The position numbers and the translations under genes are program-made. A stretch of DNA of 62,046 nucleotides, the filler included, from Dirinaria sp. TL-2023a (Eukaryota), in assembly GCA_051941275.1 (NCBI GenBank). It is 11 parts of 11 records of this genome, joined end to end, with 100 filler letters (N's around TTAATTAATTAA, not from the genome) between each part and the next. Parts side by side here need not be neighbours in the genome. Positions count along the whole stretch, not along the records: positions 50,881 to 56,414 come from JAVEBF010001643.1; positions 56,515 to 62,046 come from JAVEBF010001644.1; 9 more parts are not named here. One strand, given 5' to 3'. The notes beneath the pieces were generated by a model, which made no database searches, was not told the origin of the DNA, and was given only the letters and a program-made list of their open reading frames with translations. Positions within the stretch are counted from its first letter, which is position 1. Every line of letters starts with the position of its first letter. Shown here piece by piece: positions 50,984-62,046 of the stretch.

Positions 50984-53299
50984 GATTTGCGGTTGCAGAT
51001 CGTAGGATCGTAAGTGGTGTGGTGTGCGAAAAGCAGGGAGCCGTGTGTGCCTAGAATTGGGGTGTCTGATATCGAGCTTCGAATAAGTAAAGTACCGAAT
51101 TGTTAGCGGGACGTGGGAGGAAACAAGAAGGATATCAATATCCTCGGATTTTCAAAGTACGCGGAAGGAAAAGGAAAAGCGAGTGTTGGAAATGGATTTT
51201 TCTTTGGTTTCACACTTTCTGGAATTTAATAATATTGAATTGGATTTTCGGTGCTGAGGAAGTGAAACAATGACATCATATCTACGCCTACGGTAGGTGT
51301 TCCATTCGCGCCAAGTCAGGGAGGTCGATCTTTTCATTATTCCTATCATGCATTGTCAAGAGTGTGCTAAAGCTTTTTTACTCGGACATCTACCGCTGTA
51401 AGGCGAGGTCTATAAGCAGTTGGATTTAATCAGGTTGAGTGTCTAAGGTAATCTGAAGTGTTGAGCTGATTACGGTCTACTGACTCTACATGGAATTTGC
51501 TTGTGGTGGTCTCCACCTTTTCAAAAGCAAATATCTCGACAAACTTCGGGAACAATCGTGTCAATTCGCTTTTTGCAGCCTTGGGGTTTTCTGGCACCCG
51601 GTGTCATGCGAGAAAAATAATTTTGGTGGACTTTCGAACTACCAGGATTATGATCTGTCCAGTGATCAAGACGTGAGATAGATTTTCTTCTCGGAATGCT
51701 TTCGGGGAATCGTCTGCATGATCATTGCCTTTGGTCGTTCTTTCGTTTTTCGGCAGAAAAAGGAGCTTGGTGGCACTTCGAGATGATGATAGTTGGAAAC
51801 CTGATGAGCCCATGAACATCTCTTATGATCCACTATCGGGGAATCCAAATTGTCATGCCTTTTGCTAGAATTTCGGATCTTAGGTTGAATACATGTTCGC
51901 AGAGATTTCTTCGGTGTTGATAATGTTTTCATGCTGACCTTGAACTTGCTTCAAGGGGACCCGGGACTGATCATCTGGCTAGGATCCAGACTGATAAGAG
52001 TTTTTCTTAGCAAGTGCCTAACGCCATTTCTCCTTAAACATTCGAGAAGATCGGATATCTTGAAAGATCGAGCCTGACAAGGCTAAATTCTGTAGACATT
52101 GCACCTAGAGAACCCATAGACGGTGTGCAAGAAGAAAAAGGTGAGAATGTTGTAATAACAGAGCATATCGTGATAATTGGGAGTAAATTTAAAGGACTCG
52201 CAATTGGATGCATGGTAAAATGTCTAGACTTGTTTAATTGAAGAGAAGAGAAGAAAATCGGCAGGTGGAACGCTGATCTGAAATTGGAAGAAAGATGCCC
52301 AAGCTCATGAACCTGGCCGATCTTACACATCCATCAAGAGTAAAAGAAGAAAAAAAAAATCTCTAACTTTATAGAGCCGGGAACTCTCTAGTCTCGGTCG
52401 CTCGATGCGAAGGAGGTCCCGTTTCTCGTGCTCACCGGGCTAACTTGAGCGCTCATTTCGGGCCCATCCGCGGATTCGAACTCGGGACTGCTTTCCAATT
52501 TGGTTTTTTGGAAACTTGCTCGGATTCGAACTCCGGAGCTCGCAGCCCCCTGGCGATTAGACCCTTTTTTGACCCGAACCCCAGGTTTCGAGGTTAGAGG
52601 CACGCCCAAAGGGGAGTTTCGATCCTTCCGATTCGACCAAACCTGCTGGGCCAGTTAGTTGAGAATCCTTTTCTAATTCTGATATATAAAGAATTTAAAT
52701 TCAGGGTGTTGTCGACCTGTACGTGGGTTGAATATTTTGCATCTTTCACTGACTACATCCACTCTATTTTCGACCTTCGACCTTCCATTCTTCTCATCTG
52801 CTATCATTACTTTTGTTTTTGTTTTTCGATCCCCTATTCTTATATGATCGCTTGCAGATATCCTCGTATACTTATCGTCTCTTACTTACGTCAGTCCAGC
52901 TATTATGACCAGTTCACAATCAACACCCGCATCAATTTTCAACCCTTTTCTGGCAGCAGGACCCTAACAAGACCTTACCTAACCGAATGCTCTTTCATTG
53001 AAATTTAAGTATTCCCGCCAATACAACCAGCTCACTGGGGCTTCGTAGACAGGAAAATTTCACCGAGGGTTTTCACCCTTTCAGCCAGCCCAGCATCGCA
53101 ACGAGCGCTCTACCATCTCATCTCATCAACGGAGCTTTTAGTCTCCAGAATGAGACCGATTAAAACCAAGACAGATATATTCAATACGGAACAGAAGTGA
53201 ACATCCTGAAAATTCATAAGAATATAGGTATTACCACACAAGACATGAGCGATCTTAATCCACGGCCTTTGTTGATGCAGGATGGTTTGTACATAACGC

Positions 53300-53940
53300 T
53301 GACTTGGACCGCACTAATACTTTTCATCAACGCATCCGAGACCGCGAAATGAGATGACAATCAATAGTATCGATTCGGGAGAACGTTGGCATAACTTACA
53401 CACCCTGGGCAGGAGAAGACTCGTGAGACATACTTTCGCAAAGTCGGCCGATTTCTCTAGCAGCTTCCGAGCGTTACACTGATGAAGATTCTAGTTCGTT
53501 GGCCAGAAGAGCTCCGGTCCGAAGAACTACTTATAGAGTCATAGTAGCAGCACGAACGGAGCCCCGTCGTGCACATGGACAAGAAACCCATCAACTTCAA
53601 GGTGGTCAGCCGTGCCATCCTGGCAATAGAGAATCGAAGAGGCTGATGATGAAGCATGAACGTGTGCTCATGCCATGGTATAATGGGTAATTGATGACCT
53701 GGCGTGGACGCAACTGCCATTCTTCTTGGCCCGTCACGGATAGGTTTTGGAATTGTGAACCACACACAGGTCTATTTTTACCTCAACAACGACCATCTGC
53801 TGCAGAATCCAACGAGAAGTTGTATGGAAATATTTCAAAACTCACCAGGCGATACGAGTGTCATCCGGGCAAGACCTTGGTCTTCTGCTTTTTTGGCCTT
53901 CAACGCAAGACTAATGAGTCTTGAGGGAGCATTTTGAGAC
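53300..53940 (+). pseudogene. Possible protein-kinase pseudogene
   Basis: VVHMDKKPINF at 53566-53598 (HxDxKPxN-like), then IGFGI at about 53740 (DFG-like) and PWSSA (DxWSxG-like) in the expected order but broken by stops. Boundaries approximate. Confidence 0.35.
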
Positions 53941-54704
53941 AGCGACTACCTTCAACAACACAGTACAGGGCCGTCGATTCGGTGACCACTTAACAGTCGG
54001 CAAAGGAGAGAATAGCACCGCTGTAGCGAAAGCCACTAATAGCAACGATGAAAATCCAAGATTGCTGATTCCACCTGGTGCTACTTTCCTTCACCCCCAG
54101 ATGCTTTGACTGGTGTATGGAAAGCGCAGTATGTTCAGGAACGCGATAGTGCTGGAAACAATTCTTATCTGCTATTTGGTACGACTTGACAAGATTTATA
54201 CTCGTTGCTTTCGATCACGGAGAGACTAAGAGACAGATCGAAATGCACAAATGCCACTAGAATATACAAGAACGAAAATCATAAGTTATCAAAAAACACT
54301 ATGAAGACGTATCTACCTTCAAAGCTCCATTACCACCACCACTCAGGGCGTAATTCGGTGAACCGGTCACTTTCAAATTGGCCTTTACAGTCCCTTCCAG
54401 ATTTCGGGTCACCGTCCACTAGTAGCAGTCAGAACATTCGTATCCTGCAAAATATCCCCATTCTATGTGACCAACACAGTTCAGGAGGGATCTCAGGACA
54501 TTGCCTGCTCATCATCGTGGCATTGAGCATCGTATCTTTGCTGTCATCCGTTTGGCGGCGCTTGCTGACTAATCGTATTAGCCAAGACTTTCTAACTTCT
54601 TCTGGGCTTGTACTAAGTGGTGGATTAGTGGTGGCCATGGAAGCTTCGTCTTGATATTTACATTATTATCAATCTGCCAAAGCAGATTCGTCCTCCTACT
54701 TTCA

Positions 54705-56378
54705 ATGTCTCATGCAGCAGCTAGAGCCAGGGGCGGGGACACTACTGCCCAAGACTCGACTGCTGTGGTAAGCTATGAGATCCTATGAACTCAACACCAA
54801 TTCTTTTCACTGCTGCATGCTGACAGCTTCAAGACTACTTTCAAAAATGCTCTTCAGGGCGTCGCCATATTCTTTCTCGCCCAGTTCGTACTCCAGCAAT
54901 TTCTTGGCGGTAAAGGCAACCAGAATGCAGACGCCACTGCGCCAGGGGCAGGCGCAAGTATACCAGCCTACGATGCTCGGCCAGACCCGGCTTCAGTAAC
55001 AGGATACAATCCTATTCCCCAGAACATCGCACCGATATGGCCTATGAACAGCAGTCTCGACTTGCGTATCTACGTGTCGCCATCACTGGCTATGCCGGCT
55101 TTCAAAGCGGCCGATCCGGATAGCCTAGTGCTCGAGGAGAAGGGCTTTACGATTGGTGACTGGAAGGAGAACAGGGAAATTGATACAAGCTTTGCCGTTC
55201 CAAAGGAAGTGCAGAACAACGGTACACTTTGGGCGCACTTCTATGTCGCACTTCACGGCCATGTACTCGATCCAACGGCAAAAAATTACGATGCTGGTAA
55301 AGCGTACCGTTTCTCCCGGCCGCTAAACCATTACCTCCCAAAGAAGAAGGTTGCGAAGACAAAGAACCTCCTTGCCGGCTCCGAGGGAGACGACGAACCT
55401 GTGCAAGAAGAAAAGGGACGTATATTGGCCTCCTACTACCACCCAAATATCACCCTCTCCCTCATACCCGATTCTGGGACAATGAGCTACACGACCATCC
55501 ATCCCGCCCTACGCCAGTACGTTGTCCTCGAACCTACTGGCGCCCGTGATGCTTCTGGTCAGCACTCATGGTATTATCCGATCCTCTTCCCAAATGCGTT
55601 CTGGCAGCTGCGCGACCACATGACCGAACTGAATGCCACAGTCACCCGCTTACCCCTACATGTAAAGCTCAACAACCTCGCAAATTGGAAATTCAGCCTC
55701 TACGCCAGCATTGATGATAGTGTGAAGCAAACCCAGCGTAACGCTGCCACTGGCGGCCCCATGCCCGCTGCAGGCGATGGCAGTGAATTCGAGGAGTTTA
55801 AGCGGGTCCTCGTGGATACCAACATCTACCTGCTATCGACGACTGCCTTTGTGAGTATCTTGCACATGATCTTCGAAGGGCTGGCGTTCAAGAGCGATAT
55901 CTCGCACTGGCGCCACAAGAAGGATAATGTGGGCATCTCCGTGCGCACTATCCTCGGCAACGTGTTCATGCAAACCATCATCTTCCTTTACCTTATGGAC
56001 AACAACGAGAACACGTCTTGGATGATCCTTTTGGGCCAAGGCATGGGTATCCTGCTCGAAGCATGGAAAATCACCAAAACAGTTGATGTCCGCCTTCGCC
56101 CTGCCGAGCCGTCTTCTTGGCTGCCGTATAAGGTTACATTCGAGGATAAACACAAGTTAAGCGAGACCGAGGAGAAGACGAAAGAGTACGACAGTATCGC
56201 TTTCAAATACCTGTACATGATCGCGGTGCCACTGTTGCTGGCGTATGCAGCCTATAGCTTAGTATACGAGAGCCACAAGAGCTGGTATAGTTTCGTGATC
56301 ACGACGCTGGTGGGCAGTGTCTATGCCTATGGGTTTTTAATGATGGTGCCGAGCCTATACATCAACTACCGGCTGAAG
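54705..56378 (+). CDS. CLPTM1-family multi-pass membrane protein, 3' end truncated
   Basis: Exon 1 MSHAAARARGGDTTAQDSTAV, an intron, then an exon with NNGTLWAHFY, SYYHPNITL, YYPILFPNAFW, LAFKSDISHW, TSWMILLGQG, FLMMVPSLYINYRLK followed by a GT donor. Confidence 0.92.
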
Positions 56379-57308
56379 GTAAAAACCCCTTACCACAATC
56401 TCCTTCCTCCCCCCNNNNNNNNNNNNNNNNNNNNNNNNNNNNNNNNNNNNNNNNNNNNTTAATTAATTAANNNNNNNNNNNNNNNNNNNNNNNNNNNNNN
56501 NNNNNNNNNNNNNNCCACAGTCCTGACCCCTAAAGTCCCACACGCGGCCACACCCAGCGAATGCCATTGCCCGGTTCCCCCCGGCTGAAAGGTCATCTCA
56601 GGCGAGCTGGAATGGTCGTCAGGATTTCTAGAATATGCGTTAGATGCTGCATCCAGGCTGCGCCATCTCCCGCAACTTCGTCCACTGGGACCAATGCCCG
56701 TAAATCACGCAGGAACCACAACGTGGCATCCCGCTCCCATGTGGTCATACGGCCAGGCCGAGATGCAGTCCCTCAAGGTTTGTTTGTTAGTGTCAAGGTG
56801 TGGTGTGGTGTGGTGTCTTGTCTCAGGTAGCTTGACTTTTACGTTGAAGCATGACCTTAATCGTTGTTCGCTTCTGGGACTGCTTACGAACGCCAACCCC
56901 ACATGATTGTGGCCTGAAAAGCTACCTGACAAAGCACAATGGATGTCCAATGTCGTCCAATGTCGTCCAAGTCTGGACTTCGGTGTTTCAAGAAACATAA
57001 CAGCGAGCAGGCCGCCACCAATTTGTCGGACGAATCGTTCAATAATGATGCATAAGCCACGTGGGCATTCACACTATGCATCGAGTGGCTTGCAATCACT
57101 GCATCTCGGCCAGAGTCTCGGTATTGCGAAGTAGGTCTTAAGTGCGTATCATGAAGACAAGTGCCGACCCTTGTCCGCCTCTGCCAGCGCCTCAGAAACA
57201 TATATGGCATTGAGCAAGGGCACCATGCTCCCGAGCCCGTGGACTCGGTTCAAACTCGCGATCTTATCAGCCAACATCGGTCGCCTTGGATGACACCATT
57301 CGCTGGCC

Positions 57309-58100
57309 CTAGGTCAACGTTGCTCGCGCAATTGGCTGAGCGACGACCTGCTGCACTAGTTGAACCATCTCTTTGGTCTTGGTCAGGAAAGGGCTGTGGC
57401 TTGTTTCGTAGCGATGCTCGCCTAGGACCACACCGCTAGCCTTGACTTTGTCGGTCATAAGCTGCTGGTATATTGGTGGTACTGAAAGGTCCTCGGAAGT
57501 GAATATGTACGTTGAAGGAATATCTCGCCATGCCTCATATTTACTCTCTGCTTCTAATGCACCCTTTGGAGTGCGCACAAGCTGTGATAAGATCGTCTCA
57601 AGTTCATGTGAATTCACACCTCCGTAGAGGAGTTGTGTGGGATCCCTCGGGAATATCGAGCCATCGTCTGCTTCATCGATGGCCACGTCCCACAAATGCC
57701 CAAAGCCAGCTTCCGTCACCACCTGCGTCACACTGCCGCCGTCAAGCAAAATGTACGCACACATGTATACAAGGTGGACGACACCACCTGGAAGGTTCAT
57801 CTTTGCTCGATGACAGGTGGACAAATCGTGCAACGCATTGGAGCCAGGGACACCTCCGTAAGAGTGCATTATGACCAACACTTGCTTTGAAGCTTCCACC
57901 AAGGATTGGACGATTGTACGTACAGCCGCGACATCGTCAGCAAGCGAAGCTTGAGGCGGACGAGAGCCATTGGAAGTAGGGAGAAGAGGACAGTGGACTT
58001 CGAAGCCCACCTCGTCCAGCGCGCTGATGAACTTCTCGTACGCGAACGGCGTATGCCAAGCACCATGGACCAGGACAATGCTTGGCACAGGATCAGCCAT
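57309..58100 (-). CDS. Alpha/beta-fold hydrolase (Abhydrolase_6/methylesterase-like), intronless
   Basis: IVLVHGAWH oxyanion motif, MHSYGG nucleophile elbow, ED acid region, TSHSPF catalytic His. Confidence 0.9.
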   Translation of the reverse strand: MADPVPSIVLVHGAWHTPFAYEKFISALDEVGFEVHCPLLPTSNGSRPPQASLADDVAAVRTIVQSLVEASKQVLVIMHSYGGVPGSNALHDLSTCHRAKMNLPGGVVHLVYMCAYILLDGGSVTQVVTEAGFGHLWDVAIDEADDGSIFPRDPTQLLYGGVNSHELETILSQLVRTPKGALEAESKYEAWRDIPSTYIFTSEDLSVPPIYQQLMTDKVKASGVVLGEHRYETSHSPFLTKTKEMVQLVQQVVAQPIARATLT

Positions 58101-59193
58101 TTTCGAAGACGTCGTTGGAGAAGAGATCTCCAGAGAACATGAAAAGGAGACCTTTTGAAGCGGATGCAGGAGAAGAAGTAATTGCAATATATGTAGTCAA
58201 TTGGCTTATGGCTATCTATATTTCGTGCTCCCTGCAGCTGGTTGTTTATGTGTGCTAACAGTTTCTCAGCCGTGCCCGCCCGATCCCGCAGGAATTGTGC
58301 GGGAAGATGGCGCAGCTCCAGGCGCCTTTTCTCTGGGCCTCAAACCAAATCCTTGATGAAAATCGAGCAATGTGGTTCTGAGTCATGCAAACCGAACCCG
58401 GATTGCATACACATGTACTTGTGAAAAGGATGTAGTGCGAACAGTTGCTGGTGATGAAATACGAGAATTAGATTCTAGTAGAACATTTCATGAACAGACC
58501 TTTCGGCAAAGGAATAATGTGCGCTTCCAAAATCCTGTCTCACACACGCTGTTAGCTATACATACTTCGAAGGGGACAGCTCTGCTTTGGAGGAGGGATG
58601 CTATTAACAGTCGTAATGGCGGGGCCAAAGAGCCCCAATAACGTCCATGAGACGACTTAATCTAGACTCCCGAAGCTACAGGTATGTCGTCCCACCACAG
58701 GTTCTAACAGGATCCCACTGCCGCCACACCACCGTCCATCTACTGTCGTCTACCAATGTCTTCTTCCACACCTCGATGCTTCAGGATTAGAATTGCAAAT
58801 TTATCTTCCTTTTTTTTTAAAAAGCGTCTTCCAACATTTAACGATTTGCCGTTTTGACAGTGCCCTGTCATGGTTAATCGGTTCATCGTCACTTCGTGAA
58901 AGCATAGCATGTGTTTACCCACATTGAGTAATAAATCAACCGTAGTCGGCAGCTTAGATGCTTACGTAATGCGGAAATACTACTACGGCAACCGGCTCGA
59001 GCATCCGTGTATTATCATATCGCGGGTAAAAGCAAGTAGCGCTTCCTCCTGCCCCACTTTGACGTCGCTTTGAAAAAATAATGTGACCGGTTTGGCTGGA
59101 AACTCCTCACTGAAATTTCTGTCAGACATCATCATATTGCCTTGCACTCACTGCCCTCTACATCAATACCACCACACAACGATATCCGCAATC

Positions 59194-61507
59194 ATGCCCT
59201 ACGGAAAGGATGATCAGCTGGCAATCAATACAATCCGAGTCCTTGCGGTAAGTTAACTCTGCCCCCGGCAACGATCTCAAATCGTCACAGCTACCGTCCC
59301 CATTGAATGCCATTGCCATCCCAATACCACTTCTGCTGACTTCCGATCATTTTGCTAGGTCGATGCGACCTTCAAAGCGAACTCCGGACATCCGGGTGCG
59401 CCAATGGGCCTGGCCCCAGTGGCTCACATTCTGTTCAACAAATTCATGAGCTTCAACCCTTCAAATCCGGACTGGGTCAACCGGGACCGTTTCGTTCTAT
59501 CGTAAGTGAAGATAGCTCCCTCACAGTTGGCCGAGCTGCAGCAACATTTGCATTCTAAGATCGAGCTGCGGCCTTTGCATTGGTCGAGAATTTCAGTGCT
59601 GATTTGTCGTGATTGCAGTAATGGCCACGGGTGCTTGCTGCAATACGCCTTGCTCCACCTTTTCGGTTACAAGTTGACACTGGAAGATATCAAGCAATTC
59701 AGAGTACGTATCGCTCGTTCTCATCCTTCTCCAATCGGCGATTCTGATTCTCCTTCCGCTTGCAGCAAGTCGATAGCATCACCCCGGGTCATCCGGAAGC
59801 TCAAGACACACCTGGCATTGAAGTGACTACCGGACCACTTGGCCAGGGCTTTTCGAACGCCGTGGGTCTTGCAATCGCTCAGGCCCACACTGCAGCCGAG
59901 TTCAACAAGTCGGACTTCGAGCTGATCAACAACCATACATTTTGCTTCTTCGGAGATGGATGTGCAATGGAAGGCATTGCCAGCGAAGCTGCGAGTACAG
60001 CAGGTCACTTGCAGCTGGGGAATCTGATATGCATATACGACGACAACCATATTTCCATTGGTACGTTTCCCCTAATTTATTGATGTTTCCGAAAGCTAAT
60101 GAATACCTGCAGACGGCGATACCAAAGTTGCCTTCACAGAAGACGTAATGAAGCGCTTCGAAGCATATGGCTGGCATACACAGTGGGTCAAGGACGGCGA
60201 CCATGACTATGATGCCATCGAGAAAGCTATTGCCGTGGCGAAACAGGTCAAAGATAAGCCTTCAGTTATCAAGCTGACTACTACCATCGGGTTCGGCTCG
60301 CTATTGCAAGGTACGGGAGGAGTGCATGGAAATGCTTTGAAGGAAGACGACTGCAAACAAGTAAAACAGAAGTTCGGCTTTAGCCCTGAGGAGAGCTTCG
60401 TCGTACCTCAACCGGTTTACGATCTGTACCACGCGCGTAGTTCCGAGGGCGCCGCCAAGGAGAAGGAGTGGAACAAGACGTTTGAGACGTACAGCAAGAA
60501 GTATGGCAAAGAAGCTGCTGATCTCAAGCGGCGGTTGAGCGGCGCACTTCCCGACGGTTGGCAAACAAAATTGCCGACCTATAAGCCTACAGACAAAGCA
60601 CAGGCTTCACGAAAGCTATCCGAGGCAGTCCTCGAAGCGATACACGAAGCTGTCCCCGACCTTATCGGTGGCTCTGCAGATTTGACAGGCTCCAACAACA
60701 CCCGATGGAAGAACGCCGTCGACTTCCAACCACCAAATCTCGGCATCGGCGATTACGCAGGCCGCTATATCCGTTACGGTGTGCGCGAGCACGCCATGGC
60801 AGGAATTATGAATGGCATAGCAGCCTACGGCACCCTCATTCCTTTTGGTGGAACCTTCCTCAACTTCGTGTCTTACGCCGCCGGCTCTGTTCGTCTCTCG
60901 GCGCTCTCCCACTGTCGCGTCATCTACGTTGCAACTCATGACTCCATTGGTCTTGGCGAGGATGGCCCTACGCATCAACCCATTGAGACGCTCGCCCATT
61001 TCCGTGCTCTCCCCAATATGATGGTCTGGCGCCCTGCTGACGGCAACGAGACGAGCGCAGCTTACTACGTCGCCTTGACCTCCAAATCCACGCCGAGCAT
61101 CCTCGCCTTAACGCGCCAGAACCTCCCGAACCTGGAGAATTCGACGATCGAGAACGCCATCAAAGGCGGTTACGTCTCAGTTGAGACCGAAGGTGCTGAC
61201 ATCACCTTGGTTAGCACAGGTTCCGAAGTCTGCATCTGCATCGACGCCGTCAAGTACCTGAAGGAGAAACACAACATCAAAGCTCGGGTGGTGTCGATGC
61301 CATGCTTCGAGATCTTCGACACCCAGAGCAAGGAATACCGCCTCAAAGTCTTGCCGGACGGTATTCCTGCCTTGAGCGTGGAAGCGATGTCGACGCTCGG
61401 ATGGGAGAGGTACTCGCACGAGCAATTCGGCCTCAACCGCTTCGGTGCCAGTGGGCCGTACAAGGATGTCTACAAGGTCTGTTGTCCGATCCTTCACCCC
61501 CACCATG

Positions 61508-61541
<34 letters not shown>

Positions 61542-61710
61542 GAAAAAGGAAAAGGCGTAGAGAAAAAGAGGAACAGCTGCTAACCAGCATCGATAGAAAT
61601 TCGAATTCACCCCCGAAGGCATCAGCAAGCGCGCCGTCGCCACCGTCGATTTCTACAAAGGAGCCAAGCCCCGCTCCCCCATCAACCGGGCCTTCCAACA
61701 GCTCATCTAG
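59194..61710 (+). CDS. TKL1: Transketolase, 6 exons
   Basis: [68 protein letters not shown]...YDDN (ThDP motif), [24 protein letters not shown]. Ends [11 protein letters not shown]. Confidence 0.97.
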
Positions 61711-62046
61711 ATAGACAAACAGATTGGGTCGCAGCAATGAGAAAGGAGCGCAACGAAGTATTTATTAGCTTACCTAGTTTGCAAGAGTGATTAGTCTGCA
61801 GCTGCCGGTTTTTTTTTTTTCTTTTTCTTCCAGTACGAAAGCAAAGATAGAATCAATGAGTTAGATAAACGAATGGCAAAGTTTAGTGTTGTCCCTCTCT
61901 CCCCTTCTTGTGTCTGTCTGTCTCGCTGCCTCGCTCATCATCATCATCATCCGAGACTTTTTCCTTCCTTATTTTTGATGGTGAGAGACAGTAAAAATCT
62001 TCCGTGCCTCCCCTTCCATTCATTCATTTCCATAACATTTGTCATC

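Noticed and set aside
61477..61597. Poly-Lys C-terminus of transketolase in the ORF track
   Set aside because: Read-through into the last intron, which contains a poly-A run. Splicing restores the normal KFEFTPEGI end, and no cryptic PTS1 follows the stop.

Overview
Filamentous ascomycete (Pezizomycotina; a lichen-forming lineage is plausible but not provable here) nuclear DNA. The window is not one locus. It is 11 unplaced contigs of steadily decreasing length (5570 to 5532 bp) joined by artificial 100-nt N44-TTAATTAATTAA-N44 spacers, so gene neighbourhood is only meaningful within a contig. Protein genes, most with introns: an SR splicing factor, a Prp2/DHX16 helicase, RPL19 (partial), a GPAT/DHAPAT acyltransferase ending in a PTS1-like ARL, CDC42, SEC8 (partial), ARG7 (partial), an RBM26/27-like protein, two SDRs, a secreted BBE-like FAD oxidase, a probable LOG first exon, CLPTM1 (partial), an alpha/beta hydrolase, transketolase, and several secreted or hypothetical proteins. 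Contig 6 (28303-33854) is a nest of mutated Ty3/Gypsy chromovirus fragments and holds the best signals. (i) A 1.3-kb non-autonomous LTR mini-element. (ii) Tf1-type self-priming LTR/PBS complementarity with a compensatory base-pair change between two related families. (iii) A RIP-like mutation spectrum dominated by CpC>TpC instead of the canonical CpA>TpA. Two unexplained structured, B-box-containing non-coding segments (about 6.8-7.1 kb and 52.4-52.65 kb) also merit follow-up.
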